A stretch of 63,735 nt of DNA, counting the filler, from Hyphochytrium catenoides (lineage: Eukaryota; Protista; Hyphochytriomycota): the NCBI GenBank assembly GCA_900088475.1. It is 5 parts of 5 records of this genome, joined end to end, with 100 filler letters (N's around TTAATTAATTAA, not from the genome) between each part and the next. Parts side by side here need not be neighbours in the genome. Positions count along the whole stretch, not along the records: positions 30,586 to 46,916 come from FLMG01003913.1; positions 47,017 to 62,311 come from FLMG01003205.1; 3 more parts are not named here. The stretch is one strand, 5' to 3'. Of the stretch, positions 37,232-48,691 are shown in pieces. The position numbers and the translations under genes were made by a program. Below the pieces are notes generated by a model. The model searched no databases. It was not told the DNA's origin and saw only the letters and a list, made by a program, of their open reading frames with translations. Every line of letters begins with the position of its first letter. Position 1 is the stretch's first letter.

Positions 37232-37696
37232 AAGCAGCGGGTACAGCTGAGTGGACTGCTGTGGAGGAACTACTAACGGGCCGAGTCCGTCCTCCTCCCT
37301 TTGGTGCTTCTCTTCTCTCGTCTCTTGTTCCTTTTCCTCATCTCTCTCCTTCCCTCCGCTTATCCCCCCATCTTTGTGTTCTCTTCTAGTCTGTCTCTTC
37401 TCTTCTCTGCTCTCTTCAGCCTCTTCTTCTGGTCGCCTCCTCGCACGTTGTATGATCTTTCGCCCCTCCTCTCCCTCTTGTCTTTGGCCGTCGTACCTCT
37501 CCTGGCTCAAGTTCTCTTCTTTGATCTTTCCCACTGTTCCCTTTTGGCTGGCATCGGCTCCGTTACGTTGTACCTTCCTCTACTTCCACACCCACTGCTG
37601 AATCGTGTTGAAGTTTGGCCGTTCCTCTCTCTTCTCCAGGTGCTGGCGCTGCGGGCCAAGTGATCCGGGACTTCAGCTCTTTGCCTCTCTTGCTGT

Positions 37697-40600
37697 TTGT
37701 TAGGTTCGTCTCATAGGGAAAGGAAGAGAAAGAGACTTAGCCTTCCCTCTTTCTGGGCAAGAGCAAGTGGCCTCTGTTATTTAGATGGAGGTTATCTCTT
37801 GCTCCTGCGTAAAGAAGAAATAAACTGCAAGAGAGCTGCAGGCGCAATTGCAACCTCTCCAAAAACAGATGAGGCGCTGGTAGGTAGAGCAGCCCGGAGT
37901 TATCCACAGATCATAGATTTATTATTAGAGAGAGCCTCGTGGAAAAAGATAGATAGAGCGGGCTGCAGGCCGAATGGAGGATCACCCACGAAGAGGCTTA
38001 GCGAGTGCCTAGGGACCTCTTTGACCCATCAGCATCGTTGTGACACAATGTCAGCAGAGACAACATGCACAAAGGTAGGCTGGGGCGAACAGAAGGTGGT
38101 AGAGAGCAACAAACACGATCAAGAAGATGATGAGGTGGCTCAAAGACATGCGACGGGGAAATCTAGCTCCTCACCACAGTCCTTTGGCTCTTCATTCGCC
38201 TGGTCCTCCCGCGGGGCCAAGATGGCTCTCTGGCTGGCGTTGGACTGCAATCTGACGATGATTGGCAGCTTTCTCTGCCTTGCTCTTGTCGCCAGTATCC
38301 GGTACTTCTTGCTCGTCTCCCGTCCTCTCTGTCAACACTATCTCCAGTCGTACTGCTACGACGACGTCTTGCTCACATACCAGACCAACAGCAGCCTTGC
38401 AGGAAGAGAGGCGTCAGAGCAGCAGCAGCAAGGCCAAGGCCATCTAATAGGCTCCGCCGATGAGATTTTTGCGGACTTCCTCTCCCAGAGACCTTCCATT
38501 TTGAACTTTTCTCATCACTATTACTATGCAGATGGGCCCCGATATCTCTATGCTGTCATCTTCGCGGGGCCGTTGGGCATGCTGCTGGCTCCGTACCTCG
38601 CTCTAGAGGCCTCTGGTTGGAGATGGAAGGAGATCTTTGGCAGCGTGAGGCAGTTCATGGCGGTCATCTTGTTGGGATGTGTGGCTATGCCGCTGTCTTT
38701 TGTCTTGGAAAGAGCGCTAGAGAGCTACCGCTTCTCCTTTGTCACGTACAGCACCTTTGCAATCCATGGCTGCATCGTCTATTTTTTCTACTCGCGCTAT
38801 GCTCTCTCTTCCTCCTCCTCGCCCTCTCCTCCTCCTGTTTCGCCCTCCACAACTAGCAGGTCGTCCATTGAAGCTGAGGGAAGCAGGGGAATGGGCCACT
38901 TCTTGAGCTTTCTGGCCTCTTTTCTGTCATTGCCTTGCTCAGGTAGCAGGCGCCACTCTGTCGTCCGACAACAGCAGCTAGACCTATCCCGGCGGCGAAG
39001 CTCTATAAGAAAGCCATGGGAGGCTCAAAAAGAACCAATCGAGACGTCTGCTGGTCAGACAACACCTTCTAACACTTTAGTAAGAACAAGCACAGGCAGC
39101 GTCCTTATTAAGGCCTGCGGCCTCCATGCACTGATGCTTCTCCTCAGCTTTGGACTATTGATTGTGGCCCGCTTCTTCTCCCAGAAAGTTGTCTTCTCCT
39201 TCCAAGACACCTGGAAAGACCGCATCGCTCTCTCTCTCGCGGTGGGGATCGTGGTGCTGCTCAGTCAGACGGCGGTAGATTGGGCCAGGAACGTCTTCCG
39301 CAGCCTGGGTCTCTATTATTCAACCAGTCGGAGGAGAGGAGACAGAAGAAGAAAGCTGCCCCTGTGCCTACTGGTACAAGGCAAAGCTGGTGCAGTGGGG
39401 GTGGTAGGAGAGGAGAGGAGACAAGAGGGAGGAGAGAAAAGAGAGTTCAAGAGAGAAGAATTAGAAAGTTCCAGAGCAGGGAATGCGGAGGAGGCAAAGA
39501 ACAATCTGGGCACCTGGACACAACCGCCGTTTGGCAACAAAGAAGACAAGGACAGAGAGATGACCAAGAGGAAAACGGACGATCTAGAAGAGAGATGGGA
39601 AGCAATGGACGGCGACAGAGGGAACGGATCACCACTACTAGAGCCCCCTCTTTCTCTCGCCTCTCCTCGTTCTCTCTCCTCTAGTACGGCTTCTTCTTCC
39701 TATGACGAAGCTCCTCTCCTCCGTGCACCTCCTGCGAGAGGAGATAATTCTCAGATGCAGCAGCAGCCTTCCTTACCTTCTCTCTCTAAAAAGATCAGTG
39801 TCTCCCCCAGACCAGAGGCCTCTTCTCAGTCCCATTGTTACGAAGCGACGACAAAAGAAGGGAAAACCTCATTAACAGTAGAAGCAAGGTCGACTGTGGG
39901 AGAGAAAGACATCTTAGAGGGAAGAAGACAGGAAGATGGACAACGGGGAGGAGAAAACGAAGAAAAAGAGCTAGCAAGAAAGGCAGCAGCAACAGCAGCA
40001 GGGAAAAGAGAGACAGCGAAGAAGGGCGGAGGCGTACGAGGAGAAGAGTACTTTCCTCTCGCTTCTATCTTTTTAAGCTCCTGTCTGGTGTGTCAGATGG
40101 CCCTCAGGCTCGGAGACCCCGCTGACTTCTTCTCTGCCTTGGGCTCCACGGGCATTATCTCTGTCCCCCTCATGCTCATCGCGCACTACTGGGCTATAAG
40201 GAAGCCTCTGCGTCTTGTCGCAAGCAAAAGGAGGACGAAGAAAGCCTCTTTGTCTTCGATTTCTTCCCTCATCTCGACTCCTCGTAGAGTGGCTTCTCCT
40301 TCTTCTTCCACGGCCTCTCCCAGGATGCCATCTCTCTCTCTTCATCAGTCAGAAGGCGGACATCAGAAGAAGAGAGCCTCAGGGGAGCAACAGAACGAGA
40401 AGTGGGAGACAGAGAGAAGGGAAAACGACGACGAAGAGGAGGCGGCCAAGGCGTACATTATCTATGAGAAACTGGTCTTCGCAGATCTGGCGCTCGCCAC
40501 TTTGTATCTTAACTTTGTCCTTGCCGGCGCCGTGGTGGCGCTCCCTTCTCACGCAGAGTTCCTCTATTTGGAGCTCTTCTTTGGCGGCCAGTGCGCTCAG

Positions 40601-40942
40601 GCAGAGAGAGAGTCTCTATGGCGAACGCCTGTCACTAGCAAAGCTTCTCTTTCCTTGTACGTCTTTCTGGCTGCGGCAAATACTGCGCTTCTTCTTCTCT
40701 TCCTCGCCATCTTAGAGCTCGCTAAGGTGCGAGTACTGAAGCGCTGGCGAGAACTGCGTTGGCGTCTTCTGAGGACAGTGCTTCTTGGCTGGCTCCTGAC
40801 ACTGAGCTTCTCTTATCCAACCATGCAATGTCACTTCTTGATGAAAGCCGCGCGGTACACCCTCAAACAGTACTTTGACAGCTGTCAGGACCATTGGACA
40901 CCGCTCGTGATGGAGGGAGAGACCATCCGGTTGCCAACCTAA
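37697..40942 (+). CDS. Large intronless multi-pass membrane protein of unknown function (likely start ATG ~38048)
   Basis: 1081-codon open frame with roughly 10-12 hydrophobic segments separated by long Ser/Glu-rich loops; no family recognised. Confidence 0.7.
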   Translation: MLGSSHRERKRKRLSLPSFWARASGLCYLDGGYLLLLRKEEINCKRAAGAIATSPKTDEALVGRAARSYPQIIDLLLERASWKKIDRAGCRPNGGSPTKRLSECLGTSLTHQHRCDTMSAETTCTKVGWGEQKVVESNKHDQEDDEVAQRHATGKSSSSPQSFGSSFAWSSRGAKMALWLALDCNLTMIGSFLCLALVASIRYFLLVSRPLCQHYLQSYCYDDVLLTYQTNSSLAGREASEQQQQGQGHLIGSADEIFADFLSQRPSILNFSHHYYYADGPRYLYAVIFAGPLGMLLAPYLALEASGWRWKEIFGSVRQFMAVILLGCVAMPLSFVLERALESYRFSFVTYSTFAIHGCIVYFFYSRYALSSSSSPSPPPVSPSTTSRSSIEAEGSRGMGHFLSFLASFLSLPCSGSRRHSVVRQQQLDLSRRRSSIRKPWEAQKEPIETSAGQTTPSNTLVRTSTGSVLIKACGLHALMLLLSFGLLIVARFFSQKVVFSFQDTWKDRIALSLAVGIVVLLSQTAVDWARNVFRSLGLYYSTSRRRGDRRRKLPLCLLVQGKAGAVGVVGEERRQEGGEKREFKREELESSRAGNAEEAKNNLGTWTQPPFGNKEDKDREMTKRKTDDLEERWEAMDGDRGNGSPLLEPPLSLASPRSLSSSTASSSYDEAPLLRAPPARGDNSQMQQQPSLPSLSKKISVSPRPEASSQSHCYEATTKEGKTSLTVEARSTVGEKDILEGRRQEDGQRGGENEEKELARKAAATAAGKRETAKKGGGVRGEEYFPLASIFLSSCLVCQMALRLGDPADFFSALGSTGIISVPLMLIAHYWAIRKPLRLVASKRRTKKASLSSISSLISTPRRVASPSSSTASPRMPSLSLHQSEGGHQKKRASGEQQNEKWETERRENDDEEEAAKAYIIYEKLVFADLALATLYLNFVLAGAVVALPSHAEFLYLELFFGGQCAQAERESLWRTPVTSKASLSLYVFLAAANTALLLLFLAILELAKVRVLKRWRELRWRLLRTVLLGWLLTLSFSYPTMQCHFLMKAARYTLKQYFDSCQDHWTPLVMEGETIRLPT

Positions 40943-42059
40943 TGGGAAAATGATGGAGAGAGAGAGAAAAAAAAACATAGGATAAAGAAATCATTTGTCA
41001 GGGACAGAACTATGCTCCTGTGTCCATGAAAGTGGTCATATCTTTCCTCTTGTGAGCCATTTCTTCTCCTGGTGCTAGCAGCCAGCAGGAGAGAAAGAGG
41101 ACCGACTACAGAGCATTGCAAATAGAGATGGACGAGGAGACATAAGAACGCCCGGAGTTACCTTTTGAAGAGGGGATCCCTGGTGGTCATTTACCCGCAC
41201 GTGGACGTCTTCCGCTCCTTTCCCCCTCGTTTTTTAGTTTTCGCCTACCCGGTGTCCATGCACCCTAGCTCTTCCCGTCTATAGTCCAGTATGTGCTATT
41301 GGATGACAGAGAGAGCGAGAGACAGAGACAGAGAGAGAAAGAAAGAGAGAGAGAGAGAGAAAGGGTGGAGTTGACGAAGGAAAGAGAAGAGACAGGGCAC
41401 TCTGTCAGTTTGGGTTCTGAGTGTCTTCTCTTCGCCAACCGCTTGGATAGCATTCTTTCTCCCTCTCGTAGCACTCACCAAAGCTGAGACCTACTTAGTA
41501 GATAAGAGTTCTACGAGGAAATAAGACTGATGGATGGAGAAGACTATGGCGTTGACTGACGGCAAAACAAGCTGTGGGAGATGCAAAAGGGAGAGAAGGG
41601 TAAGCAGGGATAGAGCCTTCAATAGGGTTGAGAGTAAAGCAACTAAAGGATGAAGAATGTAGCTTCAAGTAAAACCCAGAGGGAGGAGATTGAGAGAGCG
41701 TGTGTGTGTGTGTGTGTGAAAACAGAGCGCGCGCGAGAGAGAGAGGAAGATAGGGTAAGAGAAAGAGAGAGGGAGAGAGAGAGAGGAGACAGAGACTGTT
41801 GAAGGGGATGTGCTCCGCAGGAATGGAAAGTGAGTCAAGTTCAATCATTGACCTTAGTGGCTTGCTAAATAGTGCGACCCAACGATAATCCACCGCACTG
41901 CGGGCGAAGATGTAGAAAGTGCAGAACCTACAAGAGATAGACTCTCCATGTCGACGCATTTCTGCTCTCTTTCTCTCTCTCTCTCACACCCGCTCCTCAT
42001 CCACCTTATCCTAACAGGATTCAGGATCCTCTCTGACCAAAAGCTAATTCCATCGGTTC

Positions 42060-43645
42060 TTAAAGGTTTCCTCTGATCCTCTCAGCGACGTTGCCAATGC
42101 TATGGTGAGCGGACGTCCACTCGCAGTGGAAGGTCCCCTCTCTGTCAGTGCGTTCAAAAGAGTGGCCTCCGAAAAAGTCTCTCTGTGCCTGTGTGAGATT
42201 CGCAGGCAGTCTGGCCCTTCGGTAGCTGTCAAAGTAAGCCAGAGCGCCACCTAGAGCAGGAGCAGGGATACCGCTAGCCACTGCGAGAGAGACAATCCTT
42301 CTCCAAGATGGCTGGCGAGCGTTCAGCTCTGATGCAAAATCTGGATCTACCAGGAGGTTGGGGAGGTTAGCATTTCGCTGGTAGGCGTGCTTGATGCGGT
42401 CCAAGAAGACAGCGCGGATGATGCAACCGCCCTTCCAAATGCGTGCGCATTCTCCTAGGTCAATGTCCCAACCCAGCTCCTTGCCTGCAGCCTTGATCAG
42501 GTTCATACCCTGGGCGTAGGAGCAGATCTTTGCGGCGTACAATGCCTGGCGCATGTCATCAATGACCTGTCGCTTGTCCACTGCTGGCATCTCCGTGGGA
42601 CCCTGCAGCACCTTAGAAGCAGCCACACGCTCATCTTTCCGGCCAGAGAGGTAGCGCATATCGAGAGCTGCAGACATGACGGAGGCTGGGCAGTTGCGCT
42701 CTGCAGCCTCCTGAATGGTCCATCGTCCTGTTCCCTTCATGCCCGTCTTGTCAAGAATCTTATCTACCAAAAAGTCATCACCTCCCAGGTCATCTTTCTT
42801 CGCAAAGATCTGGCCTGTGATCTCAATGAGGAAGCTCTCAAGCTCTCCCTTGTTCCACTCAACGAAAACCTCAGCGAGTTCCTCATTGGTGAGGCCGACA
42901 GCGGTCTTCAGAATGTCATAGGCTTCTGCGATAAGCTGCATATCTCCGTATTCAATGCCGTTGTGCACCATCTTTACATAGTTACCGCTGCCAGTGTCTC
43001 CAATGTAGAATGTGCAAGCCCCGTCATCAACCTGAGCAGCGCACTTGGTCAGGATGGGCTCCATGAGGTCATAAGCTTCCTTAGGTCCACCAGGCATGAG
43101 GGAAGGGCCCTTGCGTGCCCCTTCTTCTCCTCCTGAGATGCCCATTCCCATAAAGTGGATGCCCTTTGGCTCTAGCTCTTTGGCTCTGGGAACACAAGGA
43201 GGACAGACGAGGATAGACTTAGTCTATAGAAAAGGGAAACGCCATGAGTATAAAGCGCTACCTAAGGAGCCATGTGTAGGATGCAGCTGCGATGTTCTCA
43301 CCTTCGCACACTGTTAGGGAACCACTCATTGCCCCCGTCAATGATAAGATCGCCAGGCTCCATGCACTCCGCTAGCTTGGCGATGGTGTCATCTACGGGG
43401 CGGCCCGCTTGTACAAGAATGATTACCCGCCGAGGCTTCTTTAGGGAGTCAACAAAGTCCTTGACGTCCTTGTGCCCTACAAGAGGAAGGTTGCCCTCAC
43501 TCTTGGCTCGCTCGACAGTGGTGTCAACCTTGTCGGGGGACCTATTGCAAACAGAGACCTTGAAGCCGTGCTCAGCCATGTTGAGAGCAAAGTTCTGTCC
43601 CATGACCGCAAGGCCAAAGAGTCCAACATCAGATAATTCTGCCAT
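42060..43645 (-). CDS. gnd: 6-phosphogluconate dehydrogenase, decarboxylating
   Basis: GLFGLAVMGQNFALN, IIDGGNEW, GMGISGGEEGARKGPSLMPGG, YVKMVHNGIEYGDMQLI, WKGGCIIRA, LTQAQRDFFG. Exons 43645..43302 and 43185..42060; 116-nt GT-AG intron at 43301..43186. Confidence 0.97.
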
Positions 43646-46022
43646 GGTTCTGTTTCTCTATTGTTATAGACTCGCCACACTTCTGGTTCGCAATAGTAAA
43701 GCTCTGCAAACGTCCGGAATCTTCAGAAATGAGCTGTTGAGACTCAAGAAAATCCTTCAGATTCACGTCCCCGCTCAGGTCGTAAAGTGCACTTTTCCTC
43801 CAACTTCGGCACCCCCGAACCTACCTCGCTAGATCGAAGGCGGGTGAGCAAAGGATTCGCACCATTTCCAATTACTAATGTAGCGCCTCAGCGAGGGTGG
43901 ATGGGCCTATCATCAGCAACACGCCACATATCAAGAACAATCAAGGTATCCTGGATAGGAAAACTGCTGTAGTGAGGTTATCATGATTAGTAGGTTATAT
44001 GATTCCGGATAGAGTCGTGCCTGGTGCCTGACCTGATGAGGCTTTCGGAGATGTCGTCGTAAGCCCTCTGTTTGTGCGGACACACGGCGTGTGCACGAAC
44101 TGTCAATTGTTTTACGACCGGCGTTTTTGCTGGGAAAATGTATGGGGAAGTGGTGGCCTACTGGAGGTGTTGTTGTGTGCCGTCGTATGTACGTTCTCGG
44201 CTTGCTCCCGCTTTTTGAGAGTAAATTCTGGGTGGCCGCCAGACTGTGAATCAAACCCTGAGAATAAATACAGCACACTTTGTTTGTTTTCTTTTCATAA
44301 AAAATATGGTTTTATGGCTTTTTATTGCGGATGTTTCACAACTGATTGCAGATGGGACTCGCTTATTTCTAGGAAACTTGTAACTCCGCTACTGTAGAAC
44401 TCTAGAAACCTTGTACTTACTTACGTACTTACTGTTTTTGTCTCCCTTTTTTCCCTTTTTTTTCTGTTTCTATAGGAGTTCTTCACACCACCACCATCAT
44501 TAAAGTGACAGATGTCGTCCTCCTTCTTCTTCCTCTGCTGCTGCTGCTGCTGTTGTTAGGTGATTTGATGAGGGAGGAGGAGCACCACCAAGGAGAAGAA
44601 GAGGATAGAGCTTCGGAGGAGGAAGCTTTAGTAGTTGTTGTTGGTCTTCCTTCGTCGTCAGGATTCTCCTTCGTCCGCCGATTCTTCGGGTTATTAAAAA
44701 CCATTCAGCAGCACGACCGTTCTTCATCATCATCGGCTTCTTCATCATTCAAGGATTTCCTCTTCCGTGTTTGAAGACGATGAAAGAAGAAGCTTCTCCT
44801 CTGAGGGCAAAGACTTCTGGGGGCGGATGATAAGGGATTAATTATAAAGCAAACCGACACCGTAGTAAAAGCCTGCTTTTATAGGTAGCTCCTAGTAGCC
44901 TTATTGTTAGTAGTAGTGGAGCATAATGGCACATCGTTATCATTCCCACATACAAGGAGGCTTCACTGCTCCTACTTTCTATCTTCTACTAGTCATCATC
45001 TGAGGTCAACTCTTATTATTGCTACTACTACTACGTACTGTCCTCCTTTTCTGCTAGCTCATGGACTACTACGACTACAGGTCACTGGATTTTTATATTC
45101 ATGTTGGCTTGTTTTGCGAACCGTAGTTAGTTCTATTAGTCACGCTGCGACACTGTCTTTTAGCACCTACAAGGGATTATTCCTATTTTGTTACCCTGTT
45201 TATGACAGAAGGAAATGTTACTCCGTTATTACTTGGTCTTATCATCATCAAGAAGACTACCTCAAAGCTCCTCATCAACACTGATAGGTGAATAACAACT
45301 GTCTGTTATCAAACATAGTGCTCATCTCGAGTAGTAGTGTCATCCTGCTAATAACTGAACACGAGGAGGAGAAGATGAATAACCGCCAGGAGAGACTCCT
45401 AACAAGGGCATACACTACTCTTATTTCAGCAAGAAGTATGATGATGGAGTAGTAGAGAGAGAAAAAGAAAAGAGATAAGCAGGTAATAAAGAGAAAAGAA
45501 GGAAGAGCGAGCACGAGGAGGGATCAATCTCATCAAGACGGAGGAGGAAGAAGTGAGATCGGGAGTGTGATGCTGATCGCACCACCGCCCGTTCGTAGAA
45601 CAGCTGTCATATCTTCATTGGAGCAGCACCGTCGTCCGTGCTTGTTATCATAAGAGCTATTGCTCCGCGCAGCAGAAGAAAGACACCATAATCCATCATC
45701 ATCATGTCGAGGAGCTTGTGCCTGCTGCCTGCTGTTGGACGTTGTCATTCTTCAAAGGGAGACAAGAAGGAAACGGCCGTATAATAACAGTCTATGTATG
45801 GGGTACTGTTCGCCCGAAAGTAAACGGGTTAGGCTACATGACTCCATGAAAAGGACCTACAATTGTTTTCGGCATTATCGAAGCGAGATAAGGGATAATA
45901 TTCTCTCTTCGTAACAGCTTTCGTAACAGGTTTTGAAATAGGATTGATCACGAAATTATTAGGTTAGTTGTTAAGAACTGAAATGGCTTCTATTCGTGAT
46001 AAGAAGAAATGTCCAAGTTTAT

Positions 46023-46640
46023 ACAGATTGGGAAGCGAATGTAACGCTTTTTTCCCTTGTCTGAAGTGGAGAGGAGAGAGAGAGAGACAGAGAGAGAGAG
46101 AGGGTAGAGAGAGAGAGAGGCTAGAGAGAGAGAGAGTGTGTGTGATTGAGAGAGAGAGAGAGAGACAGAGAGAAAAAGAGTGAGTGAGCAAAGGAGAGAG
46201 GGAGAGAGAGAGAGAGCGTGCGACATAGAAGAAGGGCTAAGACATGAAAAGGAAGAAGACGTAGCACTCTCTGGGGCGCAGGAGATGGAGAGAGGATGCG
46301 AGAGACGGAGAGAGACGCCTGTTTCGCTATCTTCTTCATCTCTCCTTCTAGGATATGCTTATATGCAACGTTATCTAGTTGATCCGCCTGGAACTTCATT
46401 ATAGCGAGCAGCAACAAAGGATCGGAAGGCTATCGCATACGGAAGCAAGGTATCAATAGACGGTAGAAGGAAAGGGAGAGAGAGAAAGAGAGAGAGAGAG
46501 AAAGAGAGAGTACGCGAGCCACAGCGGGAGAGAGCCTTCATTCAGCACCAGTGAGATGCACGGTGGGAGCCATCCGCAGCCCGAGAGGCCATCCAGCGGC
46601 CGCAGCCATGGCAAAGAGTCGAGTCGGTATGTCCCTGTCA
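46023..46640 (-). CDS. 3' exons of an unidentified spliced gene (possible GC-AG intron)
   Basis: Complex coding-like blocks (LLLLAIMKFQADQLDNVAYKHILEGEMKKIAKQ) between sense-strand CT tracts; truncated by the scaffold end. Confidence 0.35.
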
Positions 46641-46916
46641 CAGGCGAATGAGGGAAGACAGCAAACAGGGAGGAGGGAGAGGGAGTGCCCTTGTGAGAGA
46701 GAGATAGTGTCTGTGTGTGAGAGAGCGTAGAGAGAGAGAAAGAGAGAGATCGCGTACGTGAGATAGATAGGGTTGGGAGGCAGGGGAGGGAGAGTGCGTG
46801 TCAGAGAGGGACGAAGGAGAGAGAGAGACGAGAGAGAGACGAGAGAGAGACGAGAGAGAGACGAGAGAGAGACGAGAGAGACGAGAGAGAGACGAGAGAG
46901 AGACGAGAGAGAGAGA

Positions 46917-47016
46917 NNNNNNNNNNNNNNNNNNNNNNNNNNNNNNNNNNNNNNNNNNNNTTAATTAATTAANNNNNNNNNNNNNNNNNNNNNNNNNNNN
47001 NNNNNNNNNNNNNNNN
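46917..47016. other. Artificial scaffold linker
   Basis: N44-TTAATTAATTAA-N44. Confidence 0.98.
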
Positions 47017-48691
47017 CAGGCTGCGAGACCTCAGCTTGCGTCCCGCGTCTGGCGGCCCTTCGTCTGGGCGCCGCTGACGCCGTTCCTGCTTGTGGGTTCT
47101 CCCCACCGCCAGCAGCAGCTACTCCGCGGCCCCGAGCTGCTGAAGCTGCTGGCCGCCGTTGTCTGCTGCCTCTTCTGGTTTGCACCATCCTTCTCCTGCT
47201 ATCCTTTCCACTTCTCGTCTCCTCCTCTCGCTCGTCCGCTCCTTGCTAGGTCCGCTAGCCAGGCTTCCAGTTACGAAAAAAACGAGAGGTAAAGCTCAAG
47301 CTACCATGTAGTATTATATGGGTCAGATGTCTGAGACTTGTCTGGTGACGGGGAAATTACTAAGTGATATTAACAAGCTTATACGATACAGTACTTGGTA
47401 TTGGAGAGCCTGAATGGTCCTGAGGCTCCCAGAGACTTGGGATGGATGGGTGAAGGGGTTGTTGGCTGGGTAGGGGAACGTAGTTCACCACACTTGTCAT
47501 CAATCACGGGCAATCCCAGAAAATTTTCGAACGTACATGTAGAAGTAAGGCCCTTCGTGAAAGTTTGAAGGAGGAGGTTTATTTTCTAGAACTAGTCTCA
47601 AAAAGTAAAATACGTCTATTTTCAGCTTTGGTCAGTATTCTTCTTACTCCCTGCTCAAAGCTGTGAGTAGTGAGTCCTATTACTACGACATCCTTGGAAC
47701 TCGACACTGAACCAACAGGTTGAACAGGGAAGTCAAGAAAGAACAAAGCCTACACCGACACTGTCTAATCCTCAACCGCTTCCCACTATTTGCATGTAGT
47801 AAACTGTTAGGAGCCACCTTGGGCCTTACCTAATAATATGCCGATCAAGGTGTTGGGAACCTCCTTCGGCCCTTGATGGAGAGACATTAGGGGAGAGTAA
47901 CTTTCTTGGAAGATCAGTGGGGGAGTGCCAAACGAGAGAGAGAGAGAGAGACGGAGACAGAGACAGAGAGAGAGAGAGAGAGAGAGATGAAGGAGAGGGA
48001 GAGAGAGAGGGAGAGAGAGGGAGAGAGGGAAGAATGAGAGAAAGAGAAAGACAAACCACACTAGACAGAGTTGACAAAGAAGAGGAGAGAGAGGAAGAAA
48101 GAGACGCGACTGCCAAAAGGCAAGGAGGATAGAAATGGAGTCTCTTCAACCTCAACAGAGAATGGAGATTGACCGGTAAACAGAGAGAGAGTAAAGCACC
48201 ACAGTCCCTTCTTCCCCTTGTGAAGAGAACTTCTTCCTCATCATCCCTCTCGTACCTCCTACATGGTTGCTCTATGGAAGCTGTGTACGCGCATGTGTGC
48301 CTGTTGATGGCAAGAGAACGAACTGTAGAAGAGAAAAAGAACGCCTCTAAGTGGCCGTCCAGCTCTCCTGCCGTTGCAAATGTTCGATACTCTTACCGCC
48401 GCTTGCTTGCGCCGGAGCTCTTGATGATACTTCTGTTACAGTCATCAAGCGGACCTTATTTACCTTCGCGCTAGCCAACATCAGATCTGCGGCTGTATGT
48501 AAGAGACCCCTCAGAGATAATCTGATAGGACAGTCTGATGGCGATTGCCGGTTCCCTAGATCAGCGGAGGATAGAGAAAGAGCAGACGATGGCGACCCGA
48601 TTGTTTGGGAGGACCTTTGTTTAGAGTACTGATTAGGAAGGAGAGTGAGCACCTTCCTGGAAGCGATTAGGATTTTGCCTAACTGCGGAGA

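Noticed and set aside
28679-37663. Many ORFs rich in SLSL/ERER
   Set aside because: Produced by stop-free (CT)n/(GA)n microsatellites in introns and intergenic DNA.
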